Assembly: GCA_904063045.1 (NCBI GenBank)
Contig: CAJFCJ010000008.1
Coordinates: 248,001 to 312,000, forward strand
Origin: Dimorphilus gyrociliatus
Lineage: Eukaryota > Animalia > Annelida
Length of the DNA: 64,000 bases
Reading direction: 5' to 3'
Part shown: positions 14,801 to 27,432 of the stretch, one piece after another
Layout: every line of letters starts with the position of its first letter
Numbering within the stretch: position 1 is the stretch's first letter
The notes under the pieces: model-generated
Databases searched by the model: none
What the model was told of the DNA's origin: nothing
Seen by the model: only the letters and a program-made list of their open reading frames with translations
Position numbers and translations under genes: made by a program

Positions 14801-16635
14801 CAACCGACCGTCAGATGGCGTAAATGAGTTCAGGTATCCAAAAATCAAGTCTTGCTCATTCATCTATGTTTCGGTTTTTTCCGCCACTTTACGGAGCAAC
14901 CGGAATTCAATTACTAATTTCTTACAAAAAGAACGAATTTTACTAAAAGAGGCTATCGAGTAACGCTAATGAGTAGAACGTCACTGGGAATATCAACTAG
15001 CAAAATACGGTCAACTATCGATTTTTTCATCCACTTTTCTCTTTCGCTTTTTCTTCTCCTCTTTCCCCTCCCCCTTCCATACCGCCCCTCCTTACGCCAA
15101 CTATTATATTGAAGAAGAAAAGCGGCGATTCTTTGTAAAAAATCCCTGAGGTACGAAGAGAAAAAAGGGAAGCTAAATTGACCGTCTTCTGTCGAATCGA
15201 GTGCAACGACGCAGCAGGAAACGCTTTGTCAAATTAGCGCAATTTAATCCGACGATCTCTATGTTTACATTCTGTTCTATAGACCTACTAAATGTATTTT
15301 TACAGTTTTCGTCCGGTTCTTTTTTACATTAAAAAGAAAAAGGTTAGAGAAGTATAAAGGGTTGGGTGGGGAAAATAATGAATGAAGAACACGAAAGAAC
15401 CTAAAAAGTGCAAAGAAAAAAAAAGGGGGCGGAGGGAAAGTAAGGTAGAGAGAGAGAAAAAAGAAAATTTTTGTAAAAATAGAGTTTTATAGGAGGATTA
15501 TTTTAGATTTACAGACACATCCGTTTGTTAAAATAAAAGTCCTCAGAAAGAGTTTGTTTCTAACTTCATTTTAATTATTTTGGAATTTGCTTGATAGTTA
15601 AGAGGATTAAGAATGAAATGTATTTTCTATATATCTACTCATATGTATAAATACACTTTATATTTATAAATATACTAAACTAGCATTATATTTGTTTAAG
15701 TTGTTTAAGAAAACCCGCATTAGAGATAAAGGAGAAAGAAGAGTAGAGAAGGATCTTATGACTTAATGCCGTTAAAAAATTTAGCGCTGGATCGTGGCTA
15801 GGTTATAAACTATATTGAATTGGAAAATGTTTCCAGTTTAAAACACCGCTTAATCGAATTAGTAGATTGATTCGCCGTCGGAATTCTTCAATACCGTACT
15901 AAGAGGCTAATAAGATTTTCATAAATCTATCATTTCGGACTTCGGAAACGGAAAAAAAAACAATCCAATTAACTTAAAATACTATTACACTTAACTTCCT
16001 TAACGATATGGATAACCACATATTAGTTACATTTGTAAAGTGCCACTAGAAAGTCACGCCGAAGGCGATAAAAATTAGAAGGTAGACAAGAAGGGCGTTT
16101 CTAAGTTGCCTAAACTAAAAGGAATATCAATAATAACCTGTTTTCTGGTAACATTTAATCTAAATTGTACATTTACGAGGATTAATGCTATTTTTACTTT
16201 AAAATATTATTTTTTTTTTTAAAAAAAAAAGTTATTTTCAATTTTTTATTTATTTTCATTCTTTCCATCTTTATTAGTTTTTTTTTATATTCTCCATTCA
16301 TCTTTTCTAAAAAAACTACATTCGGTGTATTTTTAACGAGGATGCAATAACCTTACATTTCTTTAAAAGAGTATTTATTGTCAATTCCTAAAACAACTGG
16401 TGCCTTTGTATATATTAATAGATGAAAAATTGTTTCATCCAATTGATGAAATAGCTATTTTTTGGTTTTTTTTTAAAAAAAAAGTAATCAAGTTGTAAAA
16501 AAAAAAAAGAAAAAAAAACAAACAAAAACCTTGTGTTGGTTTACTTTTATAAATAAATTTTTAATCTTTATTGATGAATATAATCTAAACATTAGCACAT
16601 CTTTTTATATTTAGATAGAGTTTACAGATAGATAA

Positions 16636-16643
<8 letters not shown>

Positions 16644-16677
<34 letters not shown>
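16644..16677. repeat. (TA)n microsatellite
   Basis: Uninterrupted TA run. Similar runs occur at ~25351-25379, 26906-26942, 33914-33956, 40065-40081, 43818-43846, 55085-55105 and 60836-60860. Confidence 0.95.
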
Positions 16678-16679
<2 letters not shown>

Positions 16680-16867
16680 TTTATTTCATAAACTATCCAT
16701 ACAGCTTTGAAGATGAAGAGCGAACTAGAAAAAAGGTATTAGCAAATTTTGGTTATCTAATTAAAAATAGATAGAGCCAGTTTCTTGAGCTAAGAGAGTA
16801 AAAGACATCACAAGCACTAAATATGACAGACTCAAAAACCCAAATGACCGTAAGGCGCCGTCGGGAA

Positions 16868-16910
16868 ATCAAAGCAATATCAAAGCGACAAGAGAAGACG
16901 ACTTGGCGGC
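16868..16910. promoter_or_regulatory. Candidate Wnt/TCF response element (two HMG sites plus a Helper site)
   Basis: ATCAAAGC at 16868 and 16879 (reverse complement GCTTTGAT), and TGGCGGC at 16904-16910 (reverse complement GCCGCCA, the C-clamp Helper consensus). Confidence 0.5.
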
Positions 16911-19900
16911 TAGTTTGCCACCTAATATTGCGATTAGCTTGAGTATTCTACTTGTTATAGTCTAAACAATTATAGAGTATGTCCTCTTTTTGAAACTTTT
17001 ATCCCTTAAATAAGTTAAATAGAGAGTAATACGAACCAATTCCATTGGATTTACGGCCAGTTTCTTCTAGATTCTTGCCGTTTTCTGAATGAAATTTTCG
17101 AAGCACTGGACCCACTGCAAACAGGGTTTTTCGAAGTTTATCCATTCTAATATTGAGAATTGATCCTTTCCGCTCTTTACTAAAATTTTACTTACTAATG
17201 GCATAGAGAAATTTCACATTTCCCCTCTCATCTTCAGAGTCTGTCGACGGATGCATGACTATTCCGACGTCACCGTTAATAGATGTCGTTTTTAATACTT
17301 CTGCGCCATCTAGCTAATGATATCATTTACTGATTTAAAAATTATCTTTAACATATCCTAATATGATAAAATTAATAAAAAAAGAACCGTTAACGTAAGA
17401 TAAATAATAGAAGATGATAACGTATATATTCTATTTCCTTTTAATATCTGCAACTCTATTAGCCGTAATAGATAGATTACTTATGCTAATCCTACGATTA
17501 TCGATACTTATAGTCCAAGAATTTTCAAAGGAATCAATGGTATGCATAATTTATTATAATAATATTATTTATTTAGTATAACTATAAACGAATCAGATTT
17601 TGCATATCCTTCATTATTTAATCCTTAGTTAAACTTATTGAATTAAATTAATTTTTCTATGTCTAAATTAACTAAAATTGATTATAATCATAAAAAACAA
17701 CTCTCTTTTTTTATGTTGCCCTTTTCCATCAAATAATAACATTACCCTCTCCTAAAATTTTACTTTCAATTCAATATTTTAACCTTAATCCCACTTGAAA
17801 ACCAAGTGAGCAGTTTAATTTTATACTTTCTATTATTGGTTAGAAAGAGATTGAAAAAAAGGAGGTAAGAAAAGGTCAGTGGAGAAAAACAGACACTGAA
17901 AAAAAAACAACAGGCACATGCACATATACACGTATACACTCACATATATTCATACATACATACATGCGTTCAGTACACATGATGTCAATACTAAAAATAG
18001 CATAGTACTCAACTATACAATAGTACATTGAAGATAGAACAACAACAAAGGAAAAGATGTTGTAGATTCTATTAATTACTAATATAATTAGCCATTCAAG
18101 TACTTTTTTAATGTTGTTTGGAGTAGTTTACTAATTTGAATATGCACAAATTGATAAAGATTACAATTATCCCTTTTTTTATATTTCTTTATGAATAACG
18201 ATCTTTTTAATTATTTGTTTTAATATAAAAATATATTCGTTATCGAATAAATAGAAAAGAAATTGCATTTTCTTCTTTCTCTCTCCTCTCTCTCTCTCTC
18301 TCTCTCTTTCGCTTTCTCTTTGTTGTTACCTTTCTCAGTTTCTTTTTATTAATTTTATCAAAAGCCTATTTTCTTTACCTTTTTAGTTCAAATACTTAAG
18401 AAAATCATAAATGATTGTTTCATAAAAAATAGATATACCGGAAATTTACCGATTTTCGGGTAAAATAACTAACAAGATACCTTTTCATTTTGAAATATAG
18501 TAGTGTAAATATAAAAAAAATAAACTAGAGTAGGATAGATATATAGGCTAAGAAATAACAGTAGGCAAAATGACTCTGACAAGTGGAACAAAGTCTTCTT
18601 ATGTTAATAAAGAGAGAAATCGAATATATTTTTTTTTGTGTTTATAGATAAACATATAAAAAAAAATTTGCATTTTGTATAAAAACAAACTTATTACTTT
18701 TACTTTTCCTTTTTTTCATCAATTTTTATTCATTTGATCATTTATAAATAAAATTACTATTATTACTATTATTCCATTCATAAAAAAAATTCGTTAGAAT
18801 AAATAATCATTTGTAATTAATATAATTGATAATGACAAAAATTTCTCTCTCTTTTTCCCGACATAATAGTTAAAAATTATGGAAGTTATCGTTAAATTTC
18901 ATTGGAATGGATTTGTATTAAATGTATTGAAAATGATTAATTGGAAAGGGAAAGATTTAAGAAACATTATAATTCAGGAACTTCTTCTAATTGCAAAATT
19001 TAAATGGTAAGCATGCATTGAAGATAATCTTTTGTCAATGTTTAACAGATTACTTGAGTTAGCTCCGCCTCATGACGTTTCTTCTTTCAACGCTCTGCCC
19101 AGTCTAAAGTCCATAACAGTTTGAATCCCAAGAGATATTTCGTCATGTCTATATCACTTCCAGCTAAAGCAGAGAGGTCCATGTAAACCCATTTGTGATA
19201 ACGCATTTTTTTGTCCTTATATAGAGCTATATAAGACAGATTTATAGATGAGATATTAAAGGGTAAAAGGGGCTATTTTTTTATTTTGATGACATTTGGA
19301 AACTATAGATTTTTTTCTGGATCTATGTTAACAAAAATTATCAATAAATCTGATCATAAGAAATGGTCCCTATGCAATGTTATATGCACTAATTCCAAGA
19401 CCTCCATATACTAGATATATCTTATTATCTGCTTCATCATAATGCTATCCTTGAACTATTAACCTAAAAAAAATGCAACGATTTAGGTACAATTCTCAAT
19501 TTTCAGTTTTCTCGCCTCACAATATCTTTCGTGCTCCTTTTTTTTCAAAGTTGATAGATAGGAGACTTGCCCACAGAGCCGGAAACATACGGCTAATGAG
19601 ATTCAGATCCCATTAAAAAATATCTTTGTCCCTGTTAACACTTGATAAATATAAAAAAAAATAATTAGATATATTATCTAATATCTTAAAAGTAAAAAAT
19701 CTATCAATAAACATACGCATACAAGTAAAAAAAGACTTGTACTGTATACGTAGAGTATATATGTGCACAATATCCTGCATGTAAATAGTTATACTTGTTT
19801 ACATAGACAATAAATTGTCTACATAGATCACATAATATTTAGATAGTAAATAAGATTCTAAGATAATGACCTTATTAATTATTAAAATATTTTTTTTTTA

Positions 19901-20192
19901 ATAATATCAATCAACTAATTTTTTAAATATTAATAAAAATTTCAATTTATCAATTCGTTAATAACAAAAAAAGGAAAACAAATTCCATTAATGCAATGAT
20001 ATTAATAAAAGTCAATAGTATAAAAATACTATAGATAAAAAAAAAGTAGAAACATAACTAACAAACTAACAGATTTCTTTTTTCTCTTTTTGTTTCCTAT
20101 CTATGCTTTTGCTTGGAATTGTGATTTAGTATAATTAGGTCGGTTTACTTAGAAAAATCTTTTGATGTTTCTAGCTATTTTATGTCCGTCTA

Positions 20193-20248
20193 TCTCTCTC
20201 TCTCTCTCTCTCTCTTTCCCTCTCCCTCCCTTTCTCTCTCTCTCTCTC
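20193..20248. repeat. (CT)n/(GA)n simple repeat
   Basis: CT dinucleotide tract. Many shorter GA/CT tracts occur across 1-21 kb (e.g. ~366-396, 2968-2991, 18278-18308). Confidence 0.9.
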
Positions 20249-21322
20249 TACAGATCAATAAAAGCTCATTTTTAAAATAGTACAAAAAGAGAAAAGAAAC
20301 AAAAAAAGTCTGTTTTAATCTATTATTTTTTAATTGTTTTTTTTTTAAAAAAAATACAGTAAGAATGTAATTTTGTTTCTATTAATTGATTCAATTTAAA
20401 TCAATTATTTTTCAACAAAAGCAAAATTAATAAAATTTGGCAATTTTGTTTTCAAGTGTCTAATTAAAAATCAGAATAAAATAAATATCGAAATATGTTT
20501 ATTCTAAAAACGAAATAAAAAAAAAGGCGTCGAGTAAAATGCCAGGTCAATAATTCGGTTGGACGTCAAGTCGAATCGACAAAAAAAACCAGCCTAAACT
20601 ATTCGACGCTTCACGTATTTTCATCACCGACAGCTAACAAAAGAACGATAATTATTTTTTAATGTTTTTTTCAATTCTCATCTAATTGCTCCTCTTTCCC
20701 TATCTATTAGCTGTCTAACTTATCTCTTTCGCTTTTTCTTCCCTCTCTTGCTCTGTTTTTCATTTTCAAATAGGCCTATTCTAACATTCTTAGCAATCCA
20801 CGAAAAACGCTTACTATCAGTAATTGAGGAGAAAAGAAGAAAAAATTAGAAATAAAGAGAGTATCTAATTTTATACTAGAATGAAAGAGTTTCTACTTTA
20901 GGTCTAGATCATTTCTCTTTGTGAATATAGAAAAGAAAATTATCGATCATTAAGTGTCTTTAAATAGAGTTCATCAACGTCGGTCTATGGTCAAATAGAA
21001 TCGAATTAATTAGAGTAGTTTACACAATTTGAAAAATTCATTTCTACTATTTTGTTCCATTAATGATAAAAGAAGAAAAGGATCATTATGTTTTGGCTTT
21101 AAAGTTGTTCTTGTGAGTGAAATAAAGCTGATTTTATAGTAATAATTAAAGGAGCAGGGAACATTGTCTTTCCAATTTAACATCTTATTTATCTAACTTT
21201 AATATGTTTATATTTAGAAAACGACGAAATTATCTTAAGAATAATTAATTCAATAACTTACCTACTTAATTAATAATGATTGTTTATATTTACACTATAA
21301 CGATTTTTTATTTCTTGTTTTA

Positions 21323-21925
21323 TTAAGAATGAAAGTCACCGGATAATTCAGCTTGTTCTTGTGCATCTATTCGATGAGGAAACCATATTTGAGCAGTAAA
21401 TTTTCTTTTTTTATTAAAATATTGACTTTCGATATTCCAAGATAAAGAGTGACCATAAATTGGTTGAATCAATAATGAGTTGGATGTAGTAGGGGAAGAG
21501 TTGGAGCAAATTAATATAACTTTACCATTTGATTCTCCCATCCTTTTCCTTTTACTTGCTGTCATTACACCACAAGACTCAAGTATGCCAGCTAAATATT
21601 GTATATACCGCACTGCCAGCCTTAAAGTGTCGACTTTTGATAGTTTTTTATCACTTTCGCTTGCAAAGGGAACTTTAGCCCTCAGGCGCTCGAAGGCGTC
21701 ATTTATCGTTTTCATTCTTTTACGTTCCCTCATATTTGCCGCCTGTCTTTGAGCATTTTTTCTTATTTGCTTTCCGTCAGTTTTTTCATCATAATACTCA
21801 GTTTGTTGGTAACCACTCAAGTACCAATTAATATTAAAATCTATGTCACTGCAATCATTATTTGTCGGTAGCATGTCCCGTCCATCGAAATATTCGTTAA
21901 AAATTCTCCTTTCATACGACTCCAT
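21323..21925 (-). CDS. PTF1A: Pancreas transcription factor 1a / Fer1 (bHLH), single exon, 200 aa
   Basis: b[26 protein letters not shown]...[16 protein letters not shown]. The PTF1A-specific C-terminal motifs are present: KVILIC, C1 GHSLSW and C2 TAQIWFP (vertebrate QKVIIC, GHSLSW, TAKVWTP). Confidence 0.95.
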   Translation of the reverse strand: MESYERRIFNEYFDGRDMLPTNNDCSDIDFNINWYLSGYQQTEYYDEKTDGKQIRKNAQRQAANMRERKRMKTINDAFERLRAKVPFASESDKKLSKVDTLRLAVRYIQYLAGILESCGVMTASKRKRMGESNGKVILICSNSSPTTSNSLLIQPIYGHSLSWNIESQYFNKKRKFTAQIWFPHRIDAQEQAELSGDFHS

Positions 21926-23386
21926 CCCTTATATTTAAATTAAATAAATATAAAACTAACGATATTGGAATGAATTTTAATTGATAGACTAAGAATTCCA
22001 AATACTATAAAGTAACTTGTATAAAGATCACTTTGTGCGTTTAACTGTGTAAAATACCATATGCTCTCCTTCGATGAACATTACTTTATAAAAAGAAAAC
22101 AATACGTATTTCTACATGATCTATATTTATCATTTTACCAATATTTTCAACCTATTCATCATCATCTCGTTGTCTTATTAGGTAAAAAAAAAAACTAACA
22201 GCGATTTCGACTTAATTCATTTCTAATCTAAATCCTTTTTACAAACTGTCAAGCGCCATCTTTTGAAATCTATAGAAATGATTTTTTTTTCTTTTCTGTA
22301 TCTCTTCTTTCTCGTATCCTGTATTTCTTTACTGAATGTCAAATTATATACAAAATATGTAAATTTTCATTTTTTATCATTATAATGAATTAAAGAAACT
22401 TTATCAATTTGCATTAAATAATGTTTATTTTTAGGGATAAAATGAAACCTTTCGCGAATTAAACCACCAACTAGAAAAACACTCTAATATTATGATATTT
22501 TGCCTCTACTATACCACAAGGTAAGCAGGAAAAATAAACTGTTTATCCCAAGGTTAGCTTAATGAAATGATTATAAACAAATACTGCGTCTAGTTGTCTA
22601 CATAATTCATTAGTTCTATCTCTTACTTTCTACAATACATACACAATCACTCACTTCCTTATTCCTATAGCTTATTAATGAAGATTTTCATTAGTATTAA
22701 GAAAAAAGATATGAAAAGAAATCCTTCATTACTTCACTCTTCTTGTTTCTTTAGCTTTTAGTACATAAACAATATACAGTACACGTGTTATTTTTGCCAA
22801 GTAACTTTGATAGTTATCTACTGTACTTGATAAAATAAACCAATTTTCTATATTTGTCATTATAGTGTTTATTAATATCTTTACTGTGATTAATGGTTTT
22901 TCCTTATCATTTTTGTTTATTATAAAAGTTTAATGCTGAGAGTGAGCTTGTCAACTAATTACCGTTAAAAATCTTAAATATAAGGAAGCTTTCTGTAAGC
23001 TTCAGAATAAATGATACATGTTTATTTATTCATTGGTATTCTTAAAAAAATAAATTTCTCGAATATCAATTATTTTCTCTCCTTCTTCATCCTATAGTCT
23101 TTCTATCTCTTTGCTAATCATCTGATAAATCATTCAATAAGGAATCAATCATTTTTGTTTTACTTTTTCCTATACAAAAAACATCGAAGAAGTGGTAGGA
23201 AGAGATTGAAAACCGTTGAAAGATATTTTGTTTTTCAGACGATTCGTGACATGGAAAAAATGATAAACACAAAAGCAGCCAATCATAAGTAGAGATGAAC
23301 GAGATTAATTCTTTTTTTGAGAAATTTTATGACTTTCATCTTATTCTATTCATAATCGATATTTTGGAATTTTGTTAAAATGTTCC

Positions 23387-23825
23387 TTACTTTGGGGAAA
23401 TGGCTAGAGAAAAGTAGAAAATGCAATTCAAATTCTTCTCTCTATTTGGAGTACTTTCAATTTTCTTATAATTTCTTTTCCATCTTATAGAATCTTCATG
23501 AAAAGATAATGAAATTACAAATGATAATGTTTGTAACCTAGTGCAAACAATTGTTTCCCATAGCCAAATAGGATTCGCTCGTTTCAAATGACTTTCGTAC
23601 AATATTTTTCCCCTCCTGCTTCAAAAAAGCATTATAACTAATAGCAACAAAGTCTTGATAGAAATATCCATAGATTTAGTTGATACTATTAAACATTCTG
23701 GAGTATTCGTGTAATAACTCGCAAAGCTTTCTCAAATGATTTCCTCCCTAAGTAATACAAACTGTCCTGTACGTTTTGTCAATTGCCAAAGTTAAATATG
23801 TGCTTCTTCAGGTCGACATACTCCC
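23387..23825 (-). pseudogene. Possible decayed coding or transposon remnant
   Basis: One minus-strand frame runs ~145 codons with only 3 internal stops in AT-rich DNA. No homolog recognised. Confidence 0.2.
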
Positions 23826-25347
23826 AATTAGCCTAGCTTTTGCCAATCTTATTTATTCCATGATGAATTACTGAGGATAAAATTCTTTAGGAATATTATC
23901 TTTTTCTTCTTGTTAACTATATTTAATAAAAGATTTTTATTAATATTCTATTTTTCAAAACCAGTTATGTAACAAACCTTTGAAGAGTAATAGTATATTT
24001 AAATAAATCAGTTTATTTTCATCGTTTCCTCCTTACAACAACTTATTTAAAGTAGAGAAATCATACATGAAAATAATTCATCAGCTTTAATTTTAATAGT
24101 TGTAAATAAGCGTAAAAGTAATGATAAAGCATTTAATAAGTATAGATTAACTATGAAATGGAAGAGAAATGTTTAAATTGGCCGAGAGTATATGATAGTT
24201 TGAAAATCCTATCAAACTGATCAATCATTATATAAACTGGAGATCTTTATCAAATAGATGCAATCTAAAACGAAACAAAAACGTTTTTGAAGGAAGTCCC
24301 TTGATATTTTATTAATATTTATAAATATTTAATAAATTAAATAGTAATTATTTAAAATGCTTTTTGTTGATTACATGTTCAAGATTGACTAAACAAAAGG
24401 TCTCTAAAGACAAGCATCTAACAGCTAAGCTGAGACTATATCTCTTGTTTGCATAATCAATATCTTTTTATTACATATAAAATGACTAGAAATAATTAGA
24501 ACATGTGTTGCATACTATTTCAAAGTTGTCTTTTGTCAATAGTAGTATTCAAAAGGATTTTATATGAACCTAGCAACTCGAATAGTTTTTACCGTGTAAT
24601 TTCTTATCGTTCATAAGAATCACATCTAAGAGACATCGATTAAAAACTTATTAAGTTACTTTACTATACTTTCACTTTTATTTCCACCTATTTTAATATA
24701 AATAAAGTAAGAAGATTCTGTTAGAAGTAGTATTGTTCATAAGCAAAACGTACCATCCTTGTTTGCTTGTCGATATCCATATCAATCATTCATCATTTAT
24801 ATCCATCAAAAATGGAACTTTGCCTACAACTTTTATTTCCTAAACAATTTTTTATCTTTATTCGGATATCTATCTCAAGATTTATCTAAGCTAATTCAGA
24901 TAAAGCACTTTTCTGGTACATATATTTTTAACATTAAATGAAAATACTGATTTACGTAAATAAATAGCTTCATTTAAAAAACTATAACCATACTCGACTT
25001 TTCCTTTGTTATATATATTGTATATATAAACGAAAACCAAACTCTTATCGAACTTGTGTCTATTTTTATTCATTAAAATTCTATTCACGACCTAATGGAA
25101 ATTATTTATATTAAGCCTTTAGAAATTTATTAACGAGCATATATAAAAGAATCTATCAAGACACAAGATCCAATTCAGAATCATAAAAATTTATTTCTAA
25201 CTCATTTATTATGCAGCATGTTCCCCCTTTTATTTTTTCAAAACAAAATACATTCAATTAATTTAGCCATTATCGGAAGCATAGGTTTACCGGAAATGGT
25301 CATTTATTTTTCTTCTAAATGGATAGATAAAAAAGATAAGGTTATGG

Positions 25348-25382
<35 letters not shown>

Positions 25383-26907
25383 TTATAAAGTTAAATAATT
25401 TAACATAATATTTATACATAAATACATAATATAAATTGATAAAAAAGAATATGTGCAATCAATAACATTCTATACTGACAAGCCTTCTTTCTCTCTTTCT
25501 CTCGTTCTCAAATATATTTAGTTACATTGTTAAATATTCGTATTATTGAAAACTGTTCCTTATCATTTCTATATGCCCTTAAAATCATCTATATAATTCG
25601 GTTATAAAAAATAGATGAGATTACGAATGATAATCAAAGTCCTGCGTGAGGATATTGTGCAATAAATTTCATTAATTTAATTTGAAATATAATAAAAAGC
25701 TATAAAAGAGATAATGTTAATGTTAGTTATTTAGATTCCATAACTAGTTAACTTTAGTCATTTAGATTCCATATAATTAATTACCAGTCATTTTCGGTTA
25801 GTCTATAATGCAAGTGAATCTTAAGAATGTTGATGATACGATGGTTTAATCATCTCAAGTAGACCAGTTCAGTTTAATAATATACAGCCTTTATAATTGT
25901 ATTTCCCCCCAGATACTTAGGTTGGCTATAACAATAAACATAAACGTAATGATTGTTAAATAGTTTTAAAAGATATTTCATAGGTTTTCTTTGCATTAAA
26001 CATATGAATTGATTATGAATATCTGATTATTTATTTTGTCATAAGACATTGAATGGGTGCATTATATTGGTTAATATATAAATATATACTAACACAAACT
26101 GCATAATTTCGAGAATTACATTAAAAAGTCTGTTTGATAATGTATTAAACTATAAAGAAAATAAATGAATAAATTACGTATTCTCCATACTCTTTCTCTT
26201 GTAAAAAAAAAAACAGTTATTGAATAATCCATTTTTTTTCTCACAGCTATTTAATAAAATAGAAAAATCCCTAGTGACGAGGAAACTGCAGTTCCTATAT
26301 CAATTTATATTAGAAATAGCATAATAAGAATTCTTAGAATTAAATTAGAAAAGAGATGGGAGAGTAATCCTTCGCTCGAAATCGAATATATCAATTATCT
26401 TGATAAAATTATTGAGTAATATTAAGTTTTGGATAAAAAAGACTTTACTCTTTGAAAATTTTTTGTCAATGATTAATCAATCAAATTTGTAATAACTTTA
26501 AGTAGGAAAAGTGGAAGAAGAAAAACTAAAGTTAAATCAAATCTTGGAAATTCGCTACACGGATGCAAATATACCGTAAATGACCTTAAGATATTAATAA
26601 ACAGTCATATTTATTATCAAGGTCGAACATATATAATTCTGAATAATCTAAATATAATTATTTTAGTTTCCAAACAGATGACACCACCTGCTTATATTAG
26701 CTATTTTTGTAAAAATATTGTTTATGAGAAAGCCATTATAGTACCTGCATTTATGTAAAAACGCTAACACAAAAGAGAGAGATTGTCTTGTTAAAACTGC
26801 AAAGTATAAAAAATGATAAAAATTATTATTTTGCAGTATTTAATTTCTTTTGTAAAGATTTTGATTACTTATCTCACCTTACACAAATAAAATAATTTGA
26901 TACTTTT

Positions 26908-26943
<36 letters not shown>

Positions 26944-27432
26944 GTATATGGAACTTTATCTTAATGCATAATGAATATATATAATTGATGGTTTCTATAG
27001 ATATTTAATAATAACTTTTTTAACAAATTTCCTACACACATACATACTATATAATATACAATACATAAGTTAAGACCATCTGCAGTGTTAATAGATTTTG
27101 TATTTTATTATAAATACTTTAATTTTTAACAACTTACCTATACGAAAATACATAAATGCATAAATTAAGACAGAGTAGGTATATTACAGGTAAAAAGAAA
27201 CTTGTATTAATTGATAAATTACAAGAATATCCCTGGCTTATAGTTTGGAAAAGAAACTATACATTTTTAAATATAATATATTCAATTTTTCGTTCATTGG
27301 AGTTATATGTTAATTATTACATTGGGAGCTAGCTTTGTGTAAAATCCATCACTATTGAACAGTCATTAAGGCACCAAAACTCTCATAAACGATATGCCAA
27401 AAAGTTATTTCTATAAAGGAGAATAACATATT

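Noticed and set aside
298-17792. Apparent abundance of GGATTA/TAATCC (Otx-type) sites
   Set aside because: The count is about what base composition predicts over 21 kb.
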